DNA of 64,000 nt from Spirochaetia bacterium (lineage in GTDB: Bacteria > Spirochaetota > Spirochaetia > DSM-2461): the NCBI GenBank assembly GCA_963666985.2, contig CAXXIA010000002.1, forward strand, positions 1,248,001-1,312,000, in the 5' to 3' direction. The translations under genes and the position numbers were made by a program. This document shows, piece by piece, positions 38,885-49,326 of the stretch; position 1 is the first letter of the stretch, and each line of letters opens with the position of its first letter. Under the pieces are notes generated by a model that was not told the origin of the DNA, ran no database searches, and worked only from the letters and a program-made list of their open reading frames with translations.

Positions 38885-40567
38885 TCAAACACCGGGCGGA
38901 AGTTCCGCGATGGCCTGTGAAACATTGAGGGAACTGTCTCCGATATGCTCAAGGTGCCTGACCATATCCATGAAAATAAGCTCGCCTTTAACGTCAACAT
39001 CATCATCTTTTTCAATTGTTCTTCGTGAACGCTTACGAAGCTTATCCCTCATTAAGTTAATCCCGTTCTCCATTTCCAGAGCCACCCGCAAATCATAATT
39101 ATCAATCCGCCGCTCCAGAAAATCCTGGTTGTATTTCAGAAAATCAAGAACCCGGGAGGTGTAATCCATGAGTTCGTCGCCTCCGGTTTCATGAAAACGC
39201 CAATCCTTTTTATGAAGCTTAACCAGAAGAAGTCCGATGCCGAACGTACTGTCGGCCACGGACTCAAGTTCGTGAGCGATACGGCTCTGGGCGGCCACCA
39301 TATTGGATTGCTCAACACCCAAGGGACGGCGTGTACATCGCGTCAGATATTCGATGATCTGCTCCTGCATATCGTCCACCCGCTGTTCTTTATGCACAAG
39401 GCTGTCTTTTTCCTTGGAGAATTTCTTCGGATGGCCGGCACCGTTCATCACCGTCAGAAGCATATCGTAAGCCTCGCCGGCCATATCGGCCAGTTCACTG
39501 CGGATAATGATGAGATTGGCATTAACCGCATCATCGATGCTGTCGGGAACCAAAGTCAGTTTATAGGGCCCCTTCTTTTTCACCGAATCATCATTGGGCA
39601 CCAGTTTCTTCACCAGTTTCGCCAAAGGCGTGATGAACCAAACGAGAAAACAAGTATTCAAAACATTAAACAGCGTATGAAACATTGAAAGATGAATGGG
39701 AATTGTCGCCGGATCGGCGGCATCACCCGGAACAATACGGTCCACAAGTCTCGTGAAAGGGAAAAAAACCGCCAGCATCCAGAGCACGCCGATGATGTTG
39801 AACACCATATGCGCACGGGCGGTCCTCTTTGCGACGGCGTTCATGGGCAGGGAGGCAAGGAACGCCGTAATCGTCGTTCCGATGTTCTCCCCGAGAACGA
39901 CGGCCGCCGCCACCGGGAAGCTGATCCACCCTTTGAAGGCCATGGTGATGGTGATGGTCATCGCGGCCGAGGAGGATTGGACGACAATCGTCAGCAAGGT
40001 TCCGATGAGAACGAACAGCAGGATGGAGAGATACCCCCAATCGGACCAGGTGGACAAAAACATCAGAACGTCCGGATTATTCTTGATATCGGGCACCGAG
40101 TCCTTCATAAAAGAAAGTCCGAGAAAGAGCAGACCGAAACCGATAAGGATGTCGGCGATTTCCCGCCTTTTCGTCCGTCCGCTGAAATAGAAAGGAATGG
40201 CAACGGCAATCGCGGGAAGCGCCACCGAGGTGATTTTGAATTTGAAGCCTACGATGGAGACAATCCAGGCGGTGAGTGTCGTGCCGATATTGGCACCCAT
40301 GATAACCCCGATGGACTGTTTCAGCGTTACCAGTCCGGCATTAACCAGACTCACCAGGATTACGGTGGTGGCGGACGAAGACTGAATAATCGAAGTAACG
40401 CCCATTCCGGTGAGGATGCCGGCGAAACGATTCTCGGTCATTGTGTGAAGAACCGACTTCAGACGATTTCCCGCTCGATTCTGTATGCCGTCGCTCATAA
40501 TACGCATGCCGATGAGGAACACGCCCAATCCGCCTATGAGATTGAGAACCTGCAGGAAACCTTTCAT
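38885..40567 (-). CDS. Na+/phosphate cotransporter (NptA/YjbB family) with PhoU domains
   Basis: Two QSSS motifs, GANIGTT/GENIGTT, C-terminal PhoU (LEHIGD). Confidence 0.94.
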   Translation of the reverse strand: MKGFLQVLNLIGGLGVFLIGMRIMSDGIQNRAGNRLKSVLHTMTENRFAGILTGMGVTSIIQSSSATTVILVSLVNAGLVTLKQSIGVIMGANIGTTLTAWIVSIVGFKFKITSVALPAIAVAIPFYFSGRTKRREIADILIGFGLLFLGLSFMKDSVPDIKNNPDVLMFLSTWSDWGYLSILLFVLIGTLLTIVVQSSSAAMTITITMAFKGWISFPVAAAVVLGENIGTTITAFLASLPMNAVAKRTARAHMVFNIIGVLWMLAVFFPFTRLVDRIVPGDAADPATIPIHLSMFHTLFNVLNTCFLVWFITPLAKLVKKLVPNDDSVKKKGPYKLTLVPDSIDDAVNANLIIIRSELADMAGEAYDMLLTVMNGAGHPKKFSKEKDSLVHKEQRVDDMQEQIIEYLTRCTRRPLGVEQSNMVAAQSRIAHELESVADSTFGIGLLLVKLHKKDWRFHETGGDELMDYTSRVLDFLKYNQDFLERRIDNYDLRVALEMENGINLMRDKLRKRSRRTIEKDDDVDVKGELIFMDMVRHLEHIGDSSLNVSQAIAELPPGV

Positions 40568-40757
40568 CCGTCGTACTCCGGGGAATTTACTTCAGCGAGA
40601 TAACTAACGAAACCGAATACGGAATGTTAAAAACCTCATCCATTTCTAACACGTTAAGGTGGTCTTGGCGAGAGAAAAGACAACTTTGAAAGGTTTTCGT
40701 CCAAAACTTATTGCGGCTGCGGCCGATGGAATCGGATAATGACCGAAAGGATCAACG

Positions 40758-41648
40758 ATGTTCTACCGACGATTGGAATCATCCCTCCGGGACGGCCGCC
40801 GTGTTCGTATCGCCGTGGCCGGCGCCGAGGGAGAGGAAATTTTTTCATCTCTACGCCTGTCCGAAAAACTCGGCATAACCGAAGCTCTCCTTACGGGAAA
40901 CAGGCAAAAGGCGATTCAGGAAGCCGACAGGGCCGGCATGGAATGCTTCAGCATTATTGAAGCGGAAGATGAACACGAGGCGGCACTGGCCGCCGTGGAA
41001 GCCGTCAGGGACGGCCGGGCCGATCTATTGATGAAGGGCAAGGTTTCCACGGCGGTGCTCCTTAAGGCCGCACTGTCTGAAAAAACGGTCTTTTCAAAAG
41101 GACATTTGCTCTCGCATTTGGCCGTTATGGAATCTCCTTCCGGCCGTATCCTGGGTATTACCGACGGCGGCATGAATATCAATCCGTCTCTGGAGCAGAA
41201 ACGTCGGATACTGGAATCGGCGGTTGAGGCTTTTACAAAGCTCGGCATACGGAATCCGAAGGTCGCGGTTCTGGCCGCCATGGAAAAAGAAAATCCCAAG
41301 ATTCCCGAGTCCATGGACGCGGGCGAACTCAGCAGACTTCAGGATTCCGGAGAGATATCGGACTGTATCGTTGAAGGTCCGATGGCTCTGGATCTTGCCG
41401 TAACGCCGGAAGCCTGCCGCATGAAAGACTATAAGGGAAAAATACAGGGCGATGCCGACATCCTCCTCACTCCGAACATATCGGCCGGCAATATCCTGGC
41501 GAAGTCCCTGATTCATCTCGGGAAATGGCACGGCGGCGGTATTATAATCGGTGCCGGAAGGCCCATTATCCTTCTTTCGCGAAGCGATACTTCCGAAGAG
41601 AAGTATCACTCCATTCTTCTTGCCATCGCCTTGTCCCGCGGCAATTGA
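40758..41648 (+). CDS. Phosphate acetyl/butyryltransferase family protein
   Basis: ADLLMKG, LLSH, TDGGMNINP, EGPMALD.A, GDADIL, GNILAK, SRSD. Confidence 0.88.
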   Translation: MFYRRLESSLRDGRRVRIAVAGAEGEEIFSSLRLSEKLGITEALLTGNRQKAIQEADRAGMECFSIIEAEDEHEAALAAVEAVRDGRADLLMKGKVSTAVLLKAALSEKTVFSKGHLLSHLAVMESPSGRILGITDGGMNINPSLEQKRRILESAVEAFTKLGIRNPKVAVLAAMEKENPKIPESMDAGELSRLQDSGEISDCIVEGPMALDLAVTPEACRMKDYKGKIQGDADILLTPNISAGNILAKSLIHLGKWHGGGIIIGAGRPIILLSRSDTSEEKYHSILLAIALSRGN

Positions 41649-41820
41649 TTGAATTATCAAGGCCGAAGGTCGAGTTTCTCAGCATACTCGGCCCGGATGG
41701 CAGCGGTTCCGGCCCGTCGAAGCGCTGAAAATGCCGGATAATGGCCTTAGAAAAGAGAACACCCGCAATTCGGCCGATTGATGCCGCCGCTCCGCTGCGG
41801 CGGCGCGGTCAGAAAAGAGT

Positions 41821-43494
41821 CTATCTGAGCCTCGGAATATCCTGGGCGATGAGAAGACAATCATCGCCGATCAATTCCAGGTATCGTACAATCTCCATAA
41901 ATTGAAGCTCGCCTCGAATATCGGCTTCCTCGTCCTTTTCCAGCGTCTTCTGAACTCTTTTGCGAAGCTTATCCCGGACCGCGTCCACCTGACTTTCCAT
42001 TGTCAGCGCCAAATCCTGATCGTATAGAGTCAGTTTCCGGACAAGATAATCACCATCATATTTCAAAAAATCCAAAACCTTGGCAATGAACGCATAGAGT
42101 TCATCGATGGCTTCGCCGTGAATCTTGTATCGCTTCCGGCGAATCCGTTCCAGCACGGCGGCGATTTCGACACAGCTGTCGCCAATCAGTGTTAAGCTTC
42201 TTCCCACACGAATTTGAGCGGTGATGTCCCTGGCCTGATCGGACCCCGTTCGTTCCCGAACCATTTTTGTCAAATTCTTCTCAACACGATCCCACGATTT
42301 GATGAGTTCCGCCTGCAGCTCCGTAAGTTTCTTTCTATAGTTCGCCGATTCGTCGATGTCCTGGGACACATTGAGGACTTCCATAAGCATGCGATGAGCC
42401 GTTACGGCCATGCTCCCGATTTCATGACGCGTGGTGATGAGATTCGCTTCCAGCGAATCGGGAAGATTGCTCGCGATGATCGGCAAATCAACGGTCCGGT
42501 CGTCTTCGGCCGAAAGACCTTGAAGTCCGGATGATATCTTCATAATGAACGGACGAATCGCCAAGGCCAGAAGTCCTATGGCCAGAGACCATAGCGTATA
42601 AACCGCGGACAGAAGAAACGGCATCAGGGAAGATTTGTAGAAAGCGCCGGGGAAGAAACCGATAATAAGCTTTTCAACGGGGAAAACGAGAAGGAGTCCG
42701 GCAAACGAGAAAATAAGAAGCAGGAGAGACACGGCAACGGTGAGTTTCCGAGACTCTTCTCCATATGTTCTCGAAGCCCGATAGGTGGTCAGAATCACTC
42801 CGATCTCCGAACCGAACACCATCGCAATGGCCGGAGGCAAAGGAAGCCAGCCGCTCCAGCACAGCCAAAGAGCCGTTACAAGAACGGCGCCCGAGGATTG
42901 CGACGCGGCGGACAGAATCACTCCGAACGCAAAACCCATCAAAGCGAACAAAAAGGGATATTCCGCCATACCGCGCACAAAAAATAAAAGACGCGGTGCT
43001 TCCGATGAAAGCGGAAGCCAATATTTGAGCAATTCGATACCGAGAAAAATAAGCAGGAACTGAAAAGCCCCCGAACCGAATCGGGCGACCGGCCTTTTTC
43101 GAACCAGCGAAAGAGGCGTTATAATCGCAAAAGCCGGTAAAGCCCAGTTTCCGAGGCTGCTGAAAAAACCTCCGAATGTCAGTACCCATAAAGGAAACGC
43201 CAATCCGATTTCGGCGCCCGCCAATACGGCGAAGGCGACGGACGGAGAAACCAGGGATGCGTTGATTAAGCTCATAAGAAGCACGGAGAGTCCGGAAAAC
43301 GACTGAAATCCTCCCGTAATGCACATCCCTATCCTCGCCGCCGTTAAGGGATGCTCTCCGGTTTTCATAATCAGGTCTCTTGTTTTCGATCCGAAGGAAA
43401 GAAGAATCCGTTCATTAAGCGTCCGCAGACCTTGAACGACCAAAGCAATGCTGCCGATATAAGACAGTATCAGGAATATGGGCGAACCGCTCAT
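41821..43494 (-). CDS. Divergent Na+/Pi cotransporter paralogue (degenerate transport motifs, PhoU domains intact)
   Basis: QSFS/QSSG and GAEIGL/GSEIGV replace QSSS/GxNIGT; C-terminus closely parallels 38885..40567. Confidence 0.82.
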   Translation of the reverse strand: MSGSPIFLILSYIGSIALVVQGLRTLNERILLSFGSKTRDLIMKTGEHPLTAARIGMCITGGFQSFSGLSVLLMSLINASLVSPSVAFAVLAGAEIGLAFPLWVLTFGGFFSSLGNWALPAFAIITPLSLVRKRPVARFGSGAFQFLLIFLGIELLKYWLPLSSEAPRLLFFVRGMAEYPFLFALMGFAFGVILSAASQSSGAVLVTALWLCWSGWLPLPPAIAMVFGSEIGVILTTYRASRTYGEESRKLTVAVSLLLLIFSFAGLLLVFPVEKLIIGFFPGAFYKSSLMPFLLSAVYTLWSLAIGLLALAIRPFIMKISSGLQGLSAEDDRTVDLPIIASNLPDSLEANLITTRHEIGSMAVTAHRMLMEVLNVSQDIDESANYRKKLTELQAELIKSWDRVEKNLTKMVRERTGSDQARDITAQIRVGRSLTLIGDSCVEIAAVLERIRRKRYKIHGEAIDELYAFIAKVLDFLKYDGDYLVRKLTLYDQDLALTMESQVDAVRDKLRKRVQKTLEKDEEADIRGELQFMEIVRYLELIGDDCLLIAQDIPRLR

Positions 43495-44145
43495 TCATCC
43501 CTCCAGAAATCGTTCGTCCGACTTATCTTTCAGCAGAGCTATGAAACGTTTACGGTATCCCGGCAGATTCAAGGCGCTTTCAAACGTATTATCCATATCG
43601 GTGAACTTAATATCTCCCGAAACATTCAAATACTCCACGGCCGTCTCGGGCGATACAATGTACGGAGCGACTCCTTTACTCACCAGAAGATAATTGAGCA
43701 GAACATTGCCCGTCCGATGGTTGCCTTCAATGAAAAGCTGCGGCTGACTTAAAAGCATTGTATAAAAACCCGTCGCGAGTTTCCAAGGATTCGTCTTATT
43801 GATGTTCTGAAGAACCCATTTTCTGATGGGTTTAATCCTTTCCAAAAACCTGGCTCTGGTTTCGGTAATATGGTGATAGTAACTCATCCGCTGATCCGGA
43901 TCCGTACCGCACAGAACGATATGGTTCATCTCGAGAAGCGAATGGAGCCCGGCCGGAGTAAAAAGGTCCATATCCTTTTCCAGAAGATCGTTGAGGAATA
44001 TATACGCCTCGACAATCTGACTGATCATCTCGTCGGATACATCTTCCCTTTTCATGTCGAGCTTGTCGTTAATCGTCGGGAAGTCCGCCTGGAAATTCTT
44101 AAGGGAAGTTCCGATTGCCTGAATGTTAAACCTTGGTCCGCTCAC
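43495..44145 (-). CDS. Fic/Doc-like protein with non-canonical motif
   Basis: QPQLFIEGNHRTG vs canonical HPFxDGNGRxxR; stop codon abuts the next ATG. Confidence 0.72.
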   Translation of the reverse strand: MSGPRFNIQAIGTSLKNFQADFPTINDKLDMKREDVSDEMISQIVEAYIFLNDLLEKDMDLFTPAGLHSLLEMNHIVLCGTDPDQRMSYYHHITETRARFLERIKPIRKWVLQNINKTNPWKLATGFYTMLLSQPQLFIEGNHRTGNVLLNYLLVSKGVAPYIVSPETAVEYLNVSGDIKFTDMDNTFESALNLPGYRKRFIALLKDKSDERFLEG

Positions 44146-44298
44146 CAGGTCAGTGTATCCGGCTGAGGCTTGAGAACCAAGGCCGAATCGGCATTGCCCA
44201 GAACGTTTCGATTCGCCATCAATATTGAAAAGAAAACAATAACGGCCCGAGTCCGAAAGAAAATCGGAAAAAGTTGAAATCGGAGTCTTTCCGAAAAA

Positions 44299-45297
44299 TC
44301 AGGCGTTTCGATTCTTCTTAATGAAATCAACATAAACCGCGATAAGAATCACAACGCCCTTCACGATATACTGCCAGAAAGAATTGATGCCCAAAAGATT
44401 CAGACCATTGCTTAATACACCGATAACGAGAGCGCCGATAATGGTTCCGCCGATTTTTCCCAAGCCGCCCGACATACTCGTGCCGCCGAGAACAACCGCG
44501 GCGATCGCATCCATCTCGGCTCCCTGTCCCGCCGTCGGCTGACCGGAGAACATCCGGGAAGCCAGAACGATTCCGGCGATGGAAGCCATTAATCCTGAGA
44601 AGAAATAAGCGAAAAACAAAACCCGCTGAATACGGATTCCGGCAAACACGGCCGCCTGACGATTTCCGCCGACCGCGTAAATATGCCGTCCCAGTTTGGA
44701 TTTGTTCATGATGAGTATCGAAACGATAATTATCACGACAAGGTAGATGATGGGCATCGGGATTTCTCCCAAATATCCGGCGCCGATGAAGTTGAACTCA
44801 TCCGACATCACCCGAATAGGCTGACCTCCCGTATAGACGTAGGCCGCTCCCCGGGCGATGTTCATTGTCGCCAAAGTAACAATAAAGGGCGGAATGGTCG
44901 TTTTGGATACAACAAGTCCGTTGAACACACCGACAAAGGTTCCCACGATTAATCCGCAAATCACGGCAACCGGCATGGAATATCCGTCAAAGGCGATCAT
45001 ACCGCCGGTAACCACGCCGGAAAGAGCGATTATGGAACCGACGGACAAGTCAATTCCGCCCAGGATAATCACCATGGTCATCGCACAGGCGATATACAAG
45101 TTGGTGGCCACCTGCCGCAAAACATTGAGAATATTGGCTTTGGAAAGAAAAACCGGAGAGAGAACGGAGAGAAGGATGCAGAGAACAAGAAATCCGATAA
45201 GAATGCCCATATTCTCTTTAACAAATACGACGATTGACTGAAAGGTATGATGATACCATTTCCGATTCTTATAGTTGACATTGCTTTTATCGGCCAT
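44299..45297 (-). CDS. Monosaccharide ABC permease (RbsC-like)
   Basis: GGIDLSVGS, IPPFIVTL, YAVGGN, AIAAVVLGGTS. Confidence 0.94.
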   Translation of the reverse strand: MADKSNVNYKNRKWYHHTFQSIVVFVKENMGILIGFLVLCILLSVLSPVFLSKANILNVLRQVATNLYIACAMTMVIILGGIDLSVGSIIALSGVVTGGMIAFDGYSMPVAVICGLIVGTFVGVFNGLVVSKTTIPPFIVTLATMNIARGAAYVYTGGQPIRVMSDEFNFIGAGYLGEIPMPIIYLVVIIIVSILIMNKSKLGRHIYAVGGNRQAAVFAGIRIQRVLFFAYFFSGLMASIAGIVLASRMFSGQPTAGQGAEMDAIAAVVLGGTSMSGGLGKIGGTIIGALVIGVLSNGLNLLGINSFWQYIVKGVVILIAVYVDFIKKNRNA

Positions 45298-45314
45298 ATC
45301 GATGTTCCTGCTTT

Positions 45315-46808
45315 TTATTCGTTATGAGATATTGCCAGGTGCATGATGTGTTCCTGGTCGAGTTCATTTTTATCCAAAGTTCCCGTGATGGTGCCGCCGC
45401 ACATCACATTAACCCTGTCGCTCATATTGATGATTTCCGGAAGCTCGGAAGAAATCATGATTATGGCCACGCCTTGAGAGGCCAAATCATTCATGATTCC
45501 ATAGATTTCCGCCTTGGCGCCCACATCCACACCCCGAGTCGGTTCATCAAGAATGAGAATTCGGGGTTCGGTAGCCAGCCACCGTCCTATCACCACTTTC
45601 TGCTGATTTCCTCCGGAAAGGTTCACAACGGCCTGGTAAGGAGAAGCGGCCTTGATGGACATAAGATGAACATATCGATCGGAAATCTGCGATTCTTTTT
45701 CCCTGTTGACGAAAATTCCCTTAATGAATTGTCCCAGTGCTTTAATCGTCGTATTGAAGCGAACGCTCTGCACAAGAAAAAGCGCTTCCTTTTTCCGATC
45801 CTCCGGCACAAGACTGATGCCGAGCTTCATGGCCTGTTCGGGAGATTTTATCTGAACAGCCGCTCCGTCGATAACAATCTCGCCATGAACAATCGGATCC
45901 AGGCCGAACAAACATTTCATCAATTCGCTGCGTCCGGCACCCACAAGCCCCGCGAATCCGAGGATTTCTCCTTTGTAGAGATTGAAATTGATGTTTCTGA
46001 GATATTTCCCATCTCCAAGATTCCGAACCTCCAGAATCACATCCGACTTCTCGTTGTATGTTCGAACGTAGTAGTTATCCAGCTTCCGGCCGACCATCAT
46101 CGACACCAGCTCATCCGTACTGGTATCGGCGGTTATGCGGGTTCCGATGTATTCTCCGTCTCTTAAAACGGTAACGCGATCGCTGACGGCGAAAAGTTCG
46201 GACATTCGGTGAGAAATATAGATAATGCCGACTCCGCTTTCTTTCAGTTTTCGTATAATGCCGAACAGGAATTCCACTTCCTTGTCGGATAGAGATGAAG
46301 TCGGCTCATCCATAACCAGAATTCGGGAATGAAAGGAAAGAGCCCGAACGATTTCCACCATCTGCTGCTGGGCTATCGTAAGCCGTCCGACAGCGGTTGC
46401 CGGATCAATATCAAGTTCAAAGGCATCCAGCAGCTTCGACGCTTCGGCCTTCATCCGAGTCTGATCGACGGCACCGGCCTTCATCGGCTCACGGCCGAGA
46501 TAAATGTTCTCGGCAACAGTCATTTCCGGAACAAGAACCAATTCCTGATGGATAACGCTCACGCCGAAAGCTTGAGAATCATGAACGTCCCTGATATCGG
46601 CAGCCTGTCCGCCGATTTGGATTTCGCCTTCATCCAGCGAATAAATCCCGCCGAGAATTTTGATCAGCGTCGATTTCCCGGCACCGTTTTCGCCGAGAAG
46701 CGCATGAACTTCTCCGGACCGGACTTCCAAATCGACGTTTTTAAGCGCCTGAACACCGGGAAAAGACTTCTTAATCCCCTTCATTGTGAGCAGACTCGTC
46801 CGACTCAC
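45315..46808 (-). CDS. Monosaccharide ABC ATP-binding protein (RbsA-like)
   Basis: GENGAGKST, two NBDs, LSGGNQQK, DEPTRGVDVGAK. Confidence 0.95.
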   Translation of the reverse strand: MSRTSLLTMKGIKKSFPGVQALKNVDLEVRSGEVHALLGENGAGKSTLIKILGGIYSLDEGEIQIGGQAADIRDVHDSQAFGVSVIHQELVLVPEMTVAENIYLGREPMKAGAVDQTRMKAEASKLLDAFELDIDPATAVGRLTIAQQQMVEIVRALSFHSRILVMDEPTSSLSDKEVEFLFGIIRKLKESGVGIIYISHRMSELFAVSDRVTVLRDGEYIGTRITADTSTDELVSMMVGRKLDNYYVRTYNEKSDVILEVRNLGDGKYLRNINFNLYKGEILGFAGLVGAGRSELMKCLFGLDPIVHGEIVIDGAAVQIKSPEQAMKLGISLVPEDRKKEALFLVQSVRFNTTIKALGQFIKGIFVNREKESQISDRYVHLMSIKAASPYQAVVNLSGGNQQKVVIGRWLATEPRILILDEPTRGVDVGAKAEIYGIMNDLASQGVAIIMISSELPEIINMSDRVNVMCGGTITGTLDKNELDQEHIMHLAISHNE

Positions 46809-46828
46809 ATTCCACCGCCTTTCATGAA

Positions 46829-46861
46829 TCGGAGGAACATCCGAACAAGACGTTCCTCCGA
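46829..46861. terminator. Intercistronic stem-loop after the binding-protein gene
   Basis: TCGGAGGAAC-N13-GTTCCTCCGA. Confidence 0.6.
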
Positions 46862-46899
46862 CACTGCTTTAATAAGATTATACCGAAATCCTAATGGGG

Positions 46900-47835
46900 C
46901 TATTGCCACCCGTCCGTTCCGTATTCACCAACGTTATCCGAATTAATCAGGAACGTTTTTACGGGAACTCTCTTTTCATACGGCTCTCCGGCCAAAATCT
47001 TGTAAGACAGATCCACGGATTCAAGACCGATGGAAATGGGAGACTGGGCACCGGATCCGACGAACTGACCGCCGGAAGCGATTTCCGCTTTGGCTTCGGG
47101 AGAACCGTCAACACCATAAATCAGAATGTCGGTTCGATTGGCCGATTTGCAGGCCGCCAAAGCGCCGAGCGCCGTAGGATCGTTTCCGCCCATGATGGCG
47201 ATAATGTCGTCATGAGCCTGAAGAACATCGTCCATGATGCCCATGGACGTGGGCAGATCCCCTTTGGCATCCTGCTGAGCGACAATAGTGAAGCCTTTTC
47301 CCTTGATGGCGTCCATGAAACCGGCAATCCGATCATTGATGGAATTCATCGTGGGAGAATCCAGAACAACTATATTTCCGCCCTTGGGATAGCGTTTCAC
47401 CAAATCCATACCGCAGACATACCCGGCGTTCCTGTTGTCCGAACCGGCATAGGCGGTAACATACTCCATGTCCTTAACTTCGGTATCAAAGTTGATAATG
47501 GGAATTCCGGCGCGTTCCAGAGCCACAAGAGCCGGCCGGATTCCTTCCCAGTCGACAGGATTGAGGTAAATGGCATCGATACCCTGAACAATCAGATCGT
47601 CAATCTGATTAATTTGTTTCGCAACATCCATTGCGGGATCCATGGTAATCAGTTTGTCGCCGTTGGCCTCAACCGCGTCTCGAATGGATTTTTCAAGGAT
47701 GATGAAGAACGGATTGTTCATGGTCATACAAGTATACCCGAAGGTGTATCCGTCGCTTGCATCATCAGAGCCGTTCGCGAAAGCGAATCCGCCGAGAAGG
47801 GCAATTGATAAGAGAATGAGAATTGCTTTTTTCAT
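46900..47835 (-). CDS. Monosaccharide ABC substrate-binding protein (RbsB-like)
   Basis: Signal ...FAFANG, NNPFF, SDN..AG, ND..ALGA, GVDG, AQ.P. Confidence 0.93.
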   Translation of the reverse strand: MKKAILILLSIALLGGFAFANGSDDASDGYTFGYTCMTMNNPFFIILEKSIRDAVEANGDKLITMDPAMDVAKQINQIDDLIVQGIDAIYLNPVDWEGIRPALVALERAGIPIINFDTEVKDMEYVTAYAGSDNRNAGYVCGMDLVKRYPKGGNIVVLDSPTMNSINDRIAGFMDAIKGKGFTIVAQQDAKGDLPTSMGIMDDVLQAHDDIIAIMGGNDPTALGALAACKSANRTDILIYGVDGSPEAKAEIASGGQFVGSGAQSPISIGLESVDLSYKILAGEPYEKRVPVKTFLINSDNVGEYGTDGWQ

Positions 47836-47925
47836 GATTACTCCAACTTAATTCACCAACCGGTACCGTGATTGGAAGATGAAGAAATCATATAAGATAA
47901 AATTCTTCCGGACCAATCAGTATAT

Positions 47926-47965
47926 TGTCAGATTTTTTATGACAGATGTCATTTCGGCGATGACA
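47926..47965. promoter_or_regulatory. Tandem palindromic operator array, probable NarL-family regulator site
   Basis: TGTCA-N9-TGACA twice at 21-bp period; central ATGACA-GA-TGTCAT. Confidence 0.65.
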
Positions 47966-48021
47966 AAAATCTAAAAGAAACCGAACACCGACGCTCCGGA
48001 ACCGTTTATGATGCTTAAGGA

Positions 48022-49326
48022 ATGGATCGGGGTGTCAGGAATACATATCTTTCACTGCTTCTGCTTAATTTTTCCATCGTGGCTTTTATTTCATTCACCA
48101 TATATTCCACGACGAATGAGATCTGCAGCGAATGGCAGGCCCGCTCGTTTCTGGAATTCGCCCGCTACCTTCCTCATGTTTCCTGGAAGGTTCCGACATA
48201 CAGTTTGACTCTTTTTTTCATTGCCGCCGGGATTCTGCTGAAACTCATTCTCGGCTCCAAGAGCAGGCCGGGAACTCAAATCTTTCTGTATACATTGGTT
48301 CTCGTAATATTCGGAGGAATTACGTATTACCTGAATTTCAGCTATAAAGGTTTTTTCCTTATGGCCGCGGCCGGAGCGTTTTTGTTCATGCCGAATCTTA
48401 TTTCAAGAATGATTTCCATCGCGGCCACTTTGCTTTTTTTCATTCTTTTCGATTATGATCTGCTCACCGTACGGCTGAACATGGTGTCGTTTCGCGATTA
48501 TATCCTTCATTACGATCCCCATACACAATTCACCGTCTATGTCGTCCGAAGTCTTCTGGAATCGGCCAACCTTATCATTCTGGTGATTTTTTTCTATTCG
48601 CTGGTACAGAGCAAAGTCCAGGAGAACCGCGCGTTCATCGCTCTGAACAACGAGCTTTCCGACCGCCTCTTTGATCTTGAAGTTGCTCGGGGGAAACTGG
48701 AAGAAGCGGCAAAAATGAAAGAGCGCAATCGTCTCGCGCATGATATCCACGATATCATCGGTCATTCCCTCACCAGCGTTTCCACCGGATTGGAAGCCTG
48801 CATCCAGGTTTCCGGTGAAGAAAATCAGGTGCTGAAGAAACATCTGGAAAAGATTAAAGAAATCACCGACAAGGGTTTGCGCGATATCCGCCGATCCGTT
48901 AAGGAACTGAAAATCGACGCCATCGAGAAATATACTCTTCATAACGCCGTACGGGAACTTCTCGACGATATCGGCGCGATGGGAAAAATTAAAGCGCGGC
49001 TGGCGATTTCCGGTTCAACATCGGCGCTCCAAAGTGATGAGGAACAAACCGTATACCGATTGGTGCAGGAATCGATTACAAACACCCTCAAGTACGGAAA
49101 GGCCAGGCATATCGAAGTGGAATTCAGCTACGGCCGAAACAATTTGAATATCCGGATTTCCGACGACGGTGTCGGATGTTCTCGTATTAAGAAAAACTTC
49201 GGACTCAATCATATCGAAGAACAACTGGCCCTTTTGGGCGGCAATGTTGAATTCATCACAGGAACGAACCGGGGTTTTAAGACCATTGCGGAACTGCCTT
49301 TAAGGAAGAGCGTCCATGTCGATTAA
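48022..49326 (+). CDS. Membrane sensor histidine kinase (HisKA_3)
   Basis: ERNRLAHDIHDIIGHSLT, QESITN, DDGVG, FGL. Confidence 0.92.
   Translation: MDRGVRNTYLSLLLLNFSIVAFISFTIYSTTNEICSEWQARSFLEFARYLPHVSWKVPTYSLTLFFIAAGILLKLILGSKSRPGTQIFLYTLVLVIFGGITYYLNFSYKGFFLMAAAGAFLFMPNLISRMISIAATLLFFILFDYDLLTVRLNMVSFRDYILHYDPHTQFTVYVVRSLLESANLIILVIFFYSLVQSKVQENRAFIALNNELSDRLFDLEVARGKLEEAAKMKERNRLAHDIHDIIGHSLTSVSTGLEACIQVSGEENQVLKKHLEKIKEITDKGLRDIRRSVKELKIDAIEKYTLHNAVRELLDDIGAMGKIKARLAISGSTSALQSDEEQTVYRLVQESITNTLKYGKARHIEVEFSYGRNNLNIRISDDGVGCSRIKKNFGLNHIEEQLALLGGNVEFITGTNRGFKTIAELPLRKSVHVD

Noticed and set aside
39692..40603. 303-aa plus-strand ORF
   Set aside because: Shadow of the Na/Pi cotransporter.
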